Below, piece by piece: positions 31,118-40,189 of a DNA stretch of 55,812 nucleotides. The notes under the pieces are model-generated. The model made no database searches. It was not told where the DNA came from and worked only from the letters and a program-made list of their open reading frames with translations. The first letter of the stretch is position 1. Each line of letters begins with the position of its first letter. The position numbers were made by a program, and so were the translations under genes. This DNA is from Planctomycetota bacterium (GTDB lineage: Bacteria; Planctomycetota; JAFGQW01): contig JAFGQW010000094.1 in assembly GCA_016935485.1 (NCBI GenBank), positions 1-55,812 of the forward strand, in the 5' to 3' direction.

Positions 31118-31855
31118 GTGATCGAGATCAAGCACGGCCTGGCGCCATGCCCACAGACTGCCTACGAGCGCTTCTACGCCGCGCGGACCACCGAGCACGA
31201 GCTCGACTACTACCTCTGGCTGCTCCGGCTGCTCGGGCTGCGCGCGGGCGAGCGGCTCCTCGACGTCGGCTGCGGCGAAGGGGCGCTCGTCCGCGCGGTG
31301 CGCGCGCGGCAGGTCGCGGCCTGGGGCGTCGACGTCGCGCGCAAGGCGCTGGAGAGCGCGGGCGGCGCGAGCGGCGGTGACCGGGCTGTGGTCCAGGCGG
31401 ACGGGGAACGGCTGCCGTTTCCGGATCGGTGCTTCGACGTCGTGACCTCGGTCGGGAGCCTCGAGCACTACGCCGACCCGGAACGGGGCGCGGGGGAGCT
31501 TGCGCGGGTGCTCGTGCCGGGAGGCCGGGCGCTGGTGCTCGTGCCCAACACGTTCGGCCTGCTCTGGACCGTGAAGCACGCCCTGCGGACGGGCGAGATC
31601 TTCGACGACGGGCAGCCGATCCAGCGCTACGGGACGCGCGGGGAGTGGGAGCGGCTGCTGGTGCGGCAGGGGCTCCGCGTCGCGCGCGTCGTCGGCTTTG
31701 ATGTCCCGGTGCGTCCGCAGCGCGTCCGGAGCTGGCTCGGGCTGCTGGTGCGCCCGCGCACGCTGGGCCTCACGCTGATCGGACGCTTCCTGATTCCGGT
31801 GAACCTCGCGAGCTGCCTGGTCTACCTGTGCCGCCGGGAAGGGGGGGCGGGATGA
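31118..31855 (+). CDS. Class I SAM methyltransferase
   Basis: LLDVGCGEG, LPFPDRCFDVV, LEH, RVLVPGG; SD GGAGG. Confidence 0.88.
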   Translation: MIEIKHGLAPCPQTAYERFYAARTTEHELDYYLWLLRLLGLRAGERLLDVGCGEGALVRAVRARQVAAWGVDVARKALESAGGASGGDRAVVQADGERLPFPDRCFDVVTSVGSLEHYADPERGAGELARVLVPGGRALVLVPNTFGLLWTVKHALRTGEIFDDGQPIQRYGTRGEWERLLVRQGLRVARVVGFDVPVRPQRVRSWLGLLVRPRTLGLTLIGRFLIPVNLASCLVYLCRREGGAG

Positions 31856-32610
31856 CGCCCGGTCCGTGCCGGCTCGCCTTCGCCGCCCGCGCCGTCGGGC
31901 GGCGGATGGGGCGGTGGATCCGCCGGATCGCCGGTCTCGGGCGCCGCTCCGCGGGGCGCACGGCTTCCGACTACGATGCGAGATGGCGCGCGTCGCTGCG
32001 CGCGTGGCTGGCCTACCACCAGCGCGAGGTCGTCTTCGACCGGTGCCGCTGGATGGGTGTGCGCGTCCTGAAGAACCCGCTCGATCTGTGGATCTACCAG
32101 GAGCTCCTCCACCGCGTCCGGCCCGATCGACTCGTCGAGATCGGCAGCTACGAGGGCGGCAGCACGCTGTTCTTCGCGCATCTGTTCGATCTCCTGGGGC
32201 ACGGCGCGGTGATCTCGGTCGACCGCGATCGGGCGCCGTTCGTGGTGCGCCATCCGCGGATCGTCGAGGTCACCGGCGACTGCGCCGCGCCCGAGACGGT
32301 CGCGAAGGTCGCCGAGCTGTGCCGGGGCCACAAGGTCCTCCTGGTCCACGACGGAGAGCACGCCCGGGAGGCGGTGCTCAGGGATCTCCGGCTCTACGCC
32401 GACCTCGTCGCCGTCGGGAGCTACCTCATCGTCGAGGACGGCATCGTGGATCTGTTTCCGGCCGGCGGCGCCTTCGGCCGGCTGGCCGCGGGGCCGCTCG
32501 AGGCGATCGAGGCGTTTCTTGCCGAGCGGCCCGACTTCCGGCCGGACGAGAGCTGCGAGCGCTACGTGCTGACCTACAACCCGCGCGGCTTCCTCCGGCG
32601 CATCCGCTGA
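31852..32610 (+). CDS. CmcI / rhamnosyl O-methyltransferase family protein
   Basis: WMGVRVLKNPLDLWIYQELL, VEIGSYEGGS, GSYLIVEDG, TYNPRGFLRR; ATGA coupling. Confidence 0.87.
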   Translation: MTPGPCRLAFAARAVGRRMGRWIRRIAGLGRRSAGRTASDYDARWRASLRAWLAYHQREVVFDRCRWMGVRVLKNPLDLWIYQELLHRVRPDRLVEIGSYEGGSTLFFAHLFDLLGHGAVISVDRDRAPFVVRHPRIVEVTGDCAAPETVAKVAELCRGHKVLLVHDGEHAREAVLRDLRLYADLVAVGSYLIVEDGIVDLFPAGGAFGRLAAGPLEAIEAFLAERPDFRPDESCERYVLTYNPRGFLRRIR

Positions 32611-32652
32611 ACGGGGGCCGGTGGACCGCCTCGGCGGCCGCGCGGTGCCGGC

Positions 32653-33260
32653 CTACTCGAACACCAGCACGATCGGTCGGGTCACGACGCCGATTCCGCT
32701 CGGGCTCGCGGCGTCGAGCGTGACGGCCGCGGCCCACAGGCGCAGGCCGGTCAGCTTCCCGAGCGACGACAGGTCGAGCGTGGCCGAGGCGCGGGCGGCG
32801 GCGCTCAGGGTGCCGATGTTTCCCTTGAGGAACGCGGTCAGCACGCCGCGGAGGCTGCCGAAGAACACCGTGTCCGGGGTCAGCTGGATCACGCGCGTGT
32901 CGACCGGGATACCCGGCCGGAAACCGGAGGCGGACAGCCCGAGCGCGAAGAACCGGCCGGCCTGTCCGGGCACATGGACGTCGAGGGCGTAGACGTTCGG
33001 CGCGGTGCGGCGGCTGACGAGGTTGCGCTCGGCGTAGAAGCAGGCGCCGGTGCGGGTGACGCCGGCGTGCGTCGTGATGGTCTGGCCGGTGATGTCGATG
33101 CGGTTGGTGACGGCCGCGCCGACCACGATCTCGCCGGTGCCCGACCAGCGGTCAAACGCGATGGCGTTGGCGTTGCCGGAGTTCGGGGTGACGGTCGTGT
33201 AGGTGTTGGTGGCCTGGTCGATGCGGTAGACGGTGCCGCTGGCGCCGGCGCCGATGAGGA
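32653..33260 (-). pseudogene. 3' half of a secreted-type protein carrying the shared C-terminal domain; 5' end lost
   Basis: Beta-rich segment followed by GIPVDTRVIQLTPD...GTLSAAARASATL...GLRLWAAAVTL...PSGI; no signal peptide; upstream in-frame sequence is unrelated. Boundary approximate. Confidence 0.6.
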
Positions 33261-33399
33261 GGCGTTCCGGCGCACGCTGCGCGAGTTCGGCTACCTCCTG
33301 GCGGGGGAGGAAGTCCGGCCCGCGCGCACCGGCCGGGCGCGGCCCGCCGGAGCCGCAGGTTCCTCCCACGGTTGAGGGCCCATCTCGCAGCTCCGGATG

Positions 33400-33528
33400 C
33401 GTCCCCTGGATCCGCAGCACGGTTCCCAGGTAGCTGTGGGAGCGCTGGTCGAAGCTCCGGGTCAGCCACATGCGCGGCTGGACCGACAGCAGGTCGCCCC
33501 CTCACCGGAGCTTCGCGTCGTCTCTCAT
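33400..33528 (-). pseudogene. Gene remnant with in-frame TGA at codon 9
   Basis: ATG 33528 overlaps the upstream stop (ATGA): MRDDAKLR*GGDLLSVQPRMWLTRSFDQRSHSYLGTVLRIQG. Confidence 0.5.
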
Positions 33529-34850
33529 GACCGCCGCCTCCGTTGCGCCGCGCGATCCCAGCGCTTTCTCGCCCGGTCCCGGAACGACGGCTCCTTCGTC
33601 ATTCGCCCCCGGTCGAGACGCTCGAAGCCCGGCATGAAGCTGCTCTTCCGGCCGTGCTCCTCCCGAATCTCCGCGGCCAGGGCATTCCATTCCCGGTCGC
33701 GTCCCTCCTTGAGCAGGATCTTCCGGGCCGTCTCGAGGTTGCCGAGGGCCGCGCCGTAGTACTTGCTCTTCTTCGCCTCGACGAGCCTGAGCGCCATGGC
33801 GATGTGGAGCTTGGCGGCGAGCAGGGGGTGCGACTTCGCGAGCTTCTTCGCCGCCGGGTCCGTCGTGTAGTGGCTCAGGGCCACGAGCTTGGCGCGGGGC
33901 GTCTGCTCCACGACCTCCGCCAGGCGCTCCCATTCCTTCGTCTTCACGAGGAAGTCGATCCGGGAAGAGAGGTCGGCACCGTCGAGCGCGGCGAGCGCCT
34001 TGGTGTGCCATGCGGCCCGCTCGCCCTTGGGGACGAACTTCATCAGCTCCTCGTAGGAGTAGATCGACGGTCGCCGCCGGTAGTCCTCCCAGGCGGAGGC
34101 GAGGGCGTCGCCGCCCCTGCCGAGCTTCTTCAGGATCTGTCGCTTCAGGTCGGGGAGATGCCAGGCGGATCGGTTCGGCCAGCGGTCCTGCTGCTCCAGC
34201 TCCAAGCCGCGTTCGACCCAGGTGAGGGCGTCCTCGGGCCGCCGCCGCCTGAGGCACATCTCGGCGAGCGTCTCGCAATCCGCTGGCGCCAGGTCGTCGT
34301 CTTTCTCGCAGAGCGCGCGGTAGGCATCGACCTCCCGCCGCTTCTGGTGGATCGTCTTCAGGACCTCGACCTTGCGGCGATGAGCGTAGCTTTCCTTCCC
34401 GCCGTCGCCGGACCGGTCCCGCACCGCGCGCTCGAATGCGCCGAGCCCCTTGCGGTCCAGGACCTTGACGGCCTCTTTCTCCAAACCGTGGCAATAGGCG
34501 TAGTCGTCGTTCTCCATCCACGAGATCAGCATACCGGCCGTCTCTTCCGGCTCCGCCCCGGCCGCCTGTCGCGCCCGGATCCAGTCGCAGAAGAGCCTCT
34601 CCACGAACTGACCGAAGCTCCCGCTGGAGTCGTCGATCTCCGCCGATTTCTCGTAGCATCCGGCGATGAACATCTCCAGGAGCGCCACGGCACGTGCCGC
34701 ATCTCCCTTCTTGATCAGAGGTGCGATCCGCGTCCGCACCGCCTCGACCTGCTCGACGAAACCCCAGCTCTCGCGGTACCCGACGAACGCGCCGGGCGAC
34801 AGCGCGTCCTCGATGGCGTGTTCCAGTTCATCCCCTCGTCTCCTGGCCAT
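33525..34850 (-). CDS. Hypothetical helical-repeat protein (DUF6880 / SWIM-associated-like)
   Basis: IDDSSG motif, TPR-like EDALTWVERGL, C-terminal KSKYY...W...IREEHGRKSSF; SD AGGAG. Confidence 0.75.
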   Translation of the reverse strand: MARRRGDELEHAIEDALSPGAFVGYRESWGFVEQVEAVRTRIAPLIKKGDAARAVALLEMFIAGCYEKSAEIDDSSGSFGQFVERLFCDWIRARQAAGAEPEETAGMLISWMENDDYAYCHGLEKEAVKVLDRKGLGAFERAVRDRSGDGGKESYAHRRKVEVLKTIHQKRREVDAYRALCEKDDDLAPADCETLAEMCLRRRRPEDALTWVERGLELEQQDRWPNRSAWHLPDLKRQILKKLGRGGDALASAWEDYRRRPSIYSYEELMKFVPKGERAAWHTKALAALDGADLSSRIDFLVKTKEWERLAEVVEQTPRAKLVALSHYTTDPAAKKLAKSHPLLAAKLHIAMALRLVEAKKSKYYGAALGNLETARKILLKEGRDREWNALAAEIREEHGRKSSFMPGFERLDRGRMTKEPSFRDRARKRWDRAAQRRRRS

Positions 34851-35477
34851 GGCTACTCCTGGTGAATGTTCCCACCTGCCTCCGCGGTGCCGTACCTGCG
34901 CCCCGAGTTCGTGGGCTTGCGCGTGACCGTGATCTTCGGTAGGCCCGCCCGCGGCTGTCTAGACAATAAGCCCCGAGTTTCTTCGCACCGCGAGAGGAAA
35001 CCCGAAGCTTCTGCGAGCACGGCAGTTATACTCGCCACGACTTCGCGCCACACAGAACCGCGTCGGCCATCGGGTGCTCCCTTCTTTCTTCCTCTTCTTC
35101 TCTTCTTCAGAAGCTGAGAGCTGACAGCTGATGGCTGTGGGCTGCGGGCGAAGCCCGCGCTACGTTACGCGATCGGGACCGGGAAAGCCAGGCAGGGCGG
35201 CTTTCCCCTTCAAGACGAGGACCACGAGCCCGGCGCCTTTCATCGGCCTTCGCGGCCCTGACCCGAGAGAGCGCCTCGGCGACCGGAGGGAAGAAGGTGG
35301 CAATCGCCTGAACGACTTCCACTGGGGCGGCCGGCGCGTTGTCTAGCCGCCCCTTCCGCAGGAACCCTCTCCGCTGGGCCATCTTCGCCGCATCGCTGGC
35401 GGATTCGTCCGTCACAGGCCGCGCCCCATCGCATCGAACGTGCGGGAGGTTTGCGAGCCGGGAAACGCGTCGCTCTG

Positions 35478-35768
35478 CTACGAAGGCGAACGGCGCGCTC
35501 GGCTGAGCCGGGCGAGCTGGTCCCAATCGCCGGCGATGAGCGCATCCTTCTTGGCGCGGCTCCATCGTTTGGGCTGGCGCTCCCGCCGGACGGCGGCGGA
35601 TCGGGTAGGGAGGGACTCGGTGTACACGAGCTTGACGGGTCGGCGGGAGCAGGTGTGCTTGGCCCCACGGCCGTCATTGTGCGCGGCCTCCCGGCCCGCG
35701 AGGTCCTGGGTGCTGCCGATGTAGTAGGTTCCGTCGGCGCAGCGGAGGATGTAGATGTGAAAGGACAT
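35478..35768 (-). CDS. Small GIY-YIG nuclease (UPF0213/YhbQ-like)
   Basis: HIYILRCADGTYYIGST...HNDGRGAKHT..RRPVKLVY.E...ERQPKRWSRAKK. Confidence 0.88.
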   Translation of the reverse strand: MSFHIYILRCADGTYYIGSTQDLAGREAAHNDGRGAKHTCSRRPVKLVYTESLPTRSAAVRRERQPKRWSRAKKDALIAGDWDQLARLSRARRSPS

Positions 35769-35826
35769 TGGGCTCCACGGAGAATGTTGGATCGAGGTAC
35801 AACGCTTCCGTCGGACTGGGGTTTCG

Positions 35827-35984
35827 GCCCTTCGGCTCGCTTTGCGCACCGCGCGACGCGCGGGGCCACGCTCGCTCAGGGCTCCATTCGACTCGCTTTC
35901 AGGTGAGATCCCCGTACGGGAGGCCTGCCATGAGCGAGCGCGGGGAGCGCTCGGCAGAGCGCTCCCCGCGCGAGTCGAATGGAG
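35827..35984. repeat. Cluster of REP-like inverted repeat elements
   Basis: GCCCTTCGGCTCGC..CGCTCGCTCAGGGC (+), partial CTCCATTCGACTCGC (+), and a full inverted copy TCCATTCGACTCGC..CGCTCGCTCATGGC (-). Confidence 0.75.
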
Positions 35985-36329
35985 GCGGCGGGAGTTGAAC
36001 CCGCGTCCCGAGGTCACGCCGAATGTGAGTCCACGATCATCACCCGCGCGCGCGATCACTGACCGGGGACCCGCGGGCCCGTCGTCCGGCCAGCTATGCC
36101 TCCCTGGAGCTTCGCCGGTTGACCGGAGACCGCTGTCAACCCGCTAGCCTGCTGTCAGCGTTCGGCCCACCCGCAGGCGAGGCGAGCCGAACGTGCCGCC
36201 GCTAGTTAGGCGGCAAGTGCATAGTTGTGGTCTGCACTTGGTGTTTAGGCTCAGGTGTTTTACGAGGCCGCCTGAAACCTCGGATCGCATCACACTCTTT
36301 GTGGACCTGGTCGAAACCGGTGCGCCCCC
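35980..36329 (-). ncRNA. ssrA: tmRNA; tag peptide (A)ADHNYALAA at 36235-36206
   Basis: 5' GGGGGCGCACCGGTTTCGAC; 3' GACGCGGGTTCAACTCCCGCCGCCTCCA; G-U acceptor stem; tag ends YALAA; adjacent to smpB; CCA not encoded. Confidence 0.96.
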
Positions 36330-36363
36330 TTTCCTGCATTCTTGGCGCCGGTCCAGGGGAGCC

Positions 36364-36822
36364 TCAGCGGTAGGATCGGTCGATCTCCCGCCGGTGCTCC
36401 TCCTTCCTCAGCTTCTCGCGCTTGTCGTACTTGCGCTTGCCCCGCCCGAGGCCCAGCTCGACCTTGACGAGGCTCGCCTTGAAGTATATCGCAAGCGGTA
36501 CCACAGTGAGCCCCTTTTCGTGGACTTTCGCCCGGAGCTGGTGGAGCTCCCGCCGGTGGAGGAGCAGCTTCCGGGGCCGCGTCGGGTCGTGGTTCATCCG
36601 GTTGCCGTGCTCGTACTCGGCGATGTTCAGTCCGAGGAGGAAGAGCTCCCCCTCGAGGAACCGGCCGTAGGCCTCGGCCAGGCTCACCTTGCCGGCGCGG
36701 AGGCTTTTCACCTCGGTCCCCACCAGGACGATCCCGCACTCGTGGCGCTCGAGGATCTCGTAGTCGAAGAGCGCGCGCTTGTTGCGCGCGATGTTCCGCC
36801 TGGCGGAGGGCTTCTTCTCCAT
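36364..36822 (-). CDS. smpB: SsrA-binding protein
   Basis: IARNKRALFDY, GIVLVGTEVKSLR, RKLLLHRRE, GKRKYDKR. Confidence 0.97.
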   Translation of the reverse strand: MEKKPSARRNIARNKRALFDYEILERHECGIVLVGTEVKSLRAGKVSLAEAYGRFLEGELFLLGLNIAEYEHGNRMNHDPTRPRKLLLHRRELHQLRAKVHEKGLTVVPLAIYFKASLVKVELGLGRGKRKYDKREKLRKEEHRREIDRSYR

Positions 36823-36918
36823 GGGCGCGCGCGTCGGCTTCCGGGCGAACGAGGGAGTTGACAGGACAAGGAGGTAAGATGTATACCTTGCCCGCCTCGA
36901 GTGGCCAAGCAAATCAGT

Positions 36919-37005
36919 GCCGAAGTGGCGGAACTGGCAGACGCGCTAGGTTCAGGACCTAGTCGCCTTCGGGCGGTAAGGGTTCGAGTCCCTTCTTCGG
37001 CACCA
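36919..37005 (+). tRNA. tRNA-Leu(CAG)
   Basis: Acceptor GCCGAAG/CTTCGGC, anticodon arm CTAGG-TTCAGGA-CCTAG, long variable arm, GGTTCGAGTCC, encoded CCA. Confidence 0.97.
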
Positions 37006-37039
37006 CTTCCGGTCTGCTTTCCGGCGGCGAGTTTCCGCC

Positions 37040-38035
37040 GTGTCTGAGCCCCGAAACCGCCCGCTCCCGATCGGCCCGGCGCGAACGACGGTGCGCGTCG
37101 CGGCGCCCGACGCTGACCAGCGCCTGGACCGGTACCTCCGCAAGCTTGTGCCGGGAGCGCCCGCTTCCTTTCTCTTCAAGGCGATCGACCGCGGCCGGAT
37201 CCGGCTGAACGGCGCGAAGGTCGCGCCGGGGACTCGCGTGCGCGCCGGCGACGAGATCGCCCTGCCGATCGGCCGCGCGGAGATGGCGCGGCTGGCCCGG
37301 CGTGCGGCACCGCCGCGGCCCGGGACAGGCTCGGGTGCATCCGTGCTCCGGGTCGTCCACGAGGACGACGCCATCCTTGCTGCGGACAAGCCGGCCGGTC
37401 AGACCACCCACGGCGGAGCGGGCAGCCTCACCGATGCGGTCCTGCGCCGGATCGGGCCGAGCTGCACGGCGGCGCTCACCTTCCGGCTCGCCCCGGCCCA
37501 CCGGCTCGACAAAGACACCTCGGGCGTGATCGTCTTCGGCAAGACGCCGGCCGCCCAGCGGGCCCTGGCGGCCGCCTTCCGGGAGCGGGCCGTCGCGAAG
37601 CACTACGCCGCCCTGGTCCTCGGCAAGACGCCGGCTGCTGCCGAGCTCACCAGCTGCCTGGTCCGGCGGAACCGGCCGCGCGGCCCGAAGATGATCGAGG
37701 GCGCCGGCGGCGCCGCGGCCGAGACCCGCTACCGCCGCCTGGCCACGAGCGGACGGGTCTCGCTCGTGGAGCTCTGCCCCGGGACCGGCCGGACCCACCA
37801 GCTTCGCGCGCAGCTCGCCGGCCTGGGCCATCCCATCCTCGGAGACCGGCGCTACGCCAGCGACACGGCCCGAGCCCTGGCGCGCGAGCTCGGCCTCGAC
37901 CGCCTGTTCCTGCACGCCCTGCGCCTCGTACTCCCGCATCCCGCCCACGGACTCCGCCTCGTCCTCCGGGCGGAGCTTCCGCCGGCCTTGCGGCGCGTCC
38001 TGGCGCGGCTCGAGCTGCCCTGCCCGCGGGCTTGA
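37040..38035 (+). CDS. RluA-family pseudouridine synthase with S4 domain (RluC-like)
   Basis: QRLDRYL, DKPAG, HRLDKDTSG, TGRTHQLR, GHPILGD..Y, LFLHA. Confidence 0.93.
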   Translation: MSEPRNRPLPIGPARTTVRVAAPDADQRLDRYLRKLVPGAPASFLFKAIDRGRIRLNGAKVAPGTRVRAGDEIALPIGRAEMARLARRAAPPRPGTGSGASVLRVVHEDDAILAADKPAGQTTHGGAGSLTDAVLRRIGPSCTAALTFRLAPAHRLDKDTSGVIVFGKTPAAQRALAAAFRERAVAKHYAALVLGKTPAAAELTSCLVRRNRPRGPKMIEGAGGAAAETRYRRLATSGRVSLVELCPGTGRTHQLRAQLAGLGHPILGDRRYASDTARALARELGLDRLFLHALRLVLPHPAHGLRLVLRAELPPALRRVLARLELPCPRA

Positions 38036-38117
38036 AACGCCGCCGCCTTGCCGCTAGATGTCCGCGTCCAGTCCCGGGTCGTCTCTCGATCCGCTCCCCC
38101 GAGAAAGAGGTTGCCCC

Positions 38118-38219
38118 ATGGCCAAGCGCAAACGCACCGGACGGCTCACCTGGCGGAGCAAGCGGGCCAATCACGGCCGCAAGCCCACGCGCGGACGCAC
38201 CAAGAAAGAGATCCGCTGA
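38118..38219 (+). CDS. 33-aa basic protein, ribosomal protein bL37-like
   Basis: MAKRKRTGRLTWRSKRANHGRKPTRGRTKKEIR; SD AAAGAGG; ANHGRKP motif. Too short for the ORF track. Confidence 0.7.
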   Translation: MAKRKRTGRLTWRSKRANHGRKPTRGRTKKEIR

Positions 38220-38354
38220 CCCCGGACGGCGCGCCGCTTTCCGGCACGGAGCTCCGCCCCGCTGTCCGCGGGCGCCGCGCCCTCGGCGCGCCCCGGCGGC
38301 ACCGGCCGCCCGCTTCGGATCGATCCGCGCGCGCCCTCCTGGCCGCCCCTCCGG

Positions 38355-38933
38355 TCAGAACTGGACCTTCGGCACCTGACGTTCCGCCGCCGACTCCAGC
38401 TCGAAGAACTCTGCCTCCTCGAAGCGGAACAGCCCCGCGATGAACACGGCCGGGACCGTCTGGATGTGCGTGTTGTACTGCATGACGGAGTCGTTGTAGT
38501 GCTGGCGCGCAAAGCCGATCCGGTTCTCCGTCGCCGTGAGCTCCTCCTGGAGCTGCATCATGTTCTGGTCGGCCTTGAGCTGGGGATAGGCCTCGGATAC
38601 CGCGAAGAGCGTCTTCAGCGCGCCGGTCAGCATGTTCTCGGCCTGCGCCTGCTCCTTGACGCCCTGCGATCTCATGCAGGCTGACCGGGCCTCCGTCACG
38701 GCGGTCAGCGTCTCCCGCTCGTGCGCCATGTACTTCTTCACGCACTCCACCAGGTTCGGCACGAGGTCGTAGCGCCGCTTGAGCTGCACGTCGATCTGCG
38801 ACCAGGCGTTCTTGACCCGGTTGCGCAGGCGGACACACGTGTTGTAGAGTCCGAAGACGAGGAACAGGAGCACCACCGCGGCGGCCGCCACGATGAGAAG
38901 GACGGCCAGGGAACTGAGGGCAAGCGTGATCAT
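38355..38933 (-). CDS. lemA: LemA family protein
   Basis: N-terminal TM; NAWSQIDVQLKRRYDLVPNLV, EAYPQLKA, ENRIGFARQHYN. Confidence 0.95.
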   Translation of the reverse strand: MITLALSSLAVLLIVAAAAVVLLFLVFGLYNTCVRLRNRVKNAWSQIDVQLKRRYDLVPNLVECVKKYMAHERETLTAVTEARSACMRSQGVKEQAQAENMLTGALKTLFAVSEAYPQLKADQNMMQLQEELTATENRIGFARQHYNDSVMQYNTHIQTVPAVFIAGLFRFEEAEFFELESAAERQVPKVQF

Positions 38934-39226
38934 GATCTCTCCCGTCTGGAAGGCACCGGCCCGGGTCGCTCCGGATCCGGTCCACCGTCGAACTGGCCTC
39001 GGACCAAGCGATTCGGGGAGAATCTACCCGAGGGCGCCGGGGGGCGCAAGGCGCAAGGCCGCCCGAGCCAGGCTGGGCGCGCTCGGCCGGGCGGCGCCCG
39101 ACGCCGGCAAACCGCATGTCCTGCGCCGCCGCGGTTCGCTATACTGGCCGGCGCCATGAACGTGCGCCGCTGTCCGCACCGCGCCCGGGCGAGGCGGGCC
39201 CGCTTCCCGCGGGAGCGCTGGATCCC

Positions 39227-40189
39227 ATGAGGGAGGATCCCGCGCTCGCGGTCACGGGCCTGGAGAAGCGCTACCGGGCGACGCCCGTGGTCGCCGCGCT
39301 GGACTTCACGCTCGAGCGGGGCGAGATCCTGGGCCTGATCGGGCCGAACGGCGCCGGCAAGACCACGACGCTGCGCATGCTGACCGGCTTCGTAGCGCCG
39401 ACGCGCGGCCGCATCGAGGTGCTGGGGCGCGACCGGAGGACCGAGGGGCTCGCCGCCAATCGGCAGATCGGTTACCTGCCCGAGAACGCGCCGCTCTACG
39501 CCGAGCTGCGGGTGGGGGAGTACCTGTACCTTCGCGCCCGCCTGAAAGGCCTCGACCGGCGCGCGGGCCGCACGCGTGTCGCGGCCGTCCTGGACGCGCT
39601 CGATCTCGCGCCGGCGGCCCGACGCCTCATCGGGCAGCTCTCGAAGGGCTACCGCCAGCGCGTCGGCCTCGCCGCAGCGATCCTCCACGAGCCGGCGGTG
39701 CTGATCCTGGACGAGCCGACCATCGGCCTCGACCCCACCCAGAGCCGCCAGTTCCGGGAGCTCGTCCTCGCGCTCAAGGGGCGCCACTCGATCCTGATCT
39801 CGAGCCACATTCTCATCGAGATCGAGAAGGCGTGCGATCGCGTGCTCCTGCTCCACCGCGGCCGGCGCCTGGCGCTGGCCGCCCCCGCGCGCCTGCTCGA
39901 GCTGGAGGGGAGCGTCGGCTCCGTGGTCCTCGAGGCCGCCGGCGCGCCGGAGGCGACCCACGCCGCGCTCTCCGGGCTGGTCGGGCTGGGCGAGATCCGG
40001 CGGGAGGAGACCGGCGATCCGGCCTGGAGTCGGTTCGTCGTGCGCACTGCCGGCGCGCCGGCGCCGCTCGAGAGCATCGGCCGGGCGCTCTGCGCGGCGG
40101 GCATCCCGGTCCGCGAGCTGCGGAGCGAGGGCATGGACCTCGAGACGATCTACCACCGCCGACTGGAAGAGGAGGCCGCCGGGCCATGA
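39227..40189 (+). CDS. ABC transporter ATP-binding protein (GldA-like)
   Basis: GPNGAGKTT, IGYLPENAPLY, LSKGYRQRVGLA, LDEPT.GLDP. Confidence 0.9.
   Translation: MREDPALAVTGLEKRYRATPVVAALDFTLERGEILGLIGPNGAGKTTTLRMLTGFVAPTRGRIEVLGRDRRTEGLAANRQIGYLPENAPLYAELRVGEYLYLRARLKGLDRRAGRTRVAAVLDALDLAPAARRLIGQLSKGYRQRVGLAAAILHEPAVLILDEPTIGLDPTQSRQFRELVLALKGRHSILISSHILIEIEKACDRVLLLHRGRRLALAAPARLLELEGSVGSVVLEAAGAPEATHAALSGLVGLGEIRREETGDPAWSRFVVRTAGAPAPLESIGRALCAAGIPVRELRSEGMDLETIYHRRLEEEAAGP

Noticed and set aside
33502-33504. In-frame TGA as selenocysteine or programmed readthrough
   Set aside because: No redox motif or clear SECIS, and the rest of the gene is truncated; a nonsense mutation is simpler.
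36858-36908. Divergent promoters for tRNA-Leu and smpB
   Set aside because: TTGACA is present, but the -10 candidates (TATACC, TATACA) or their spacing are imperfect; not called.
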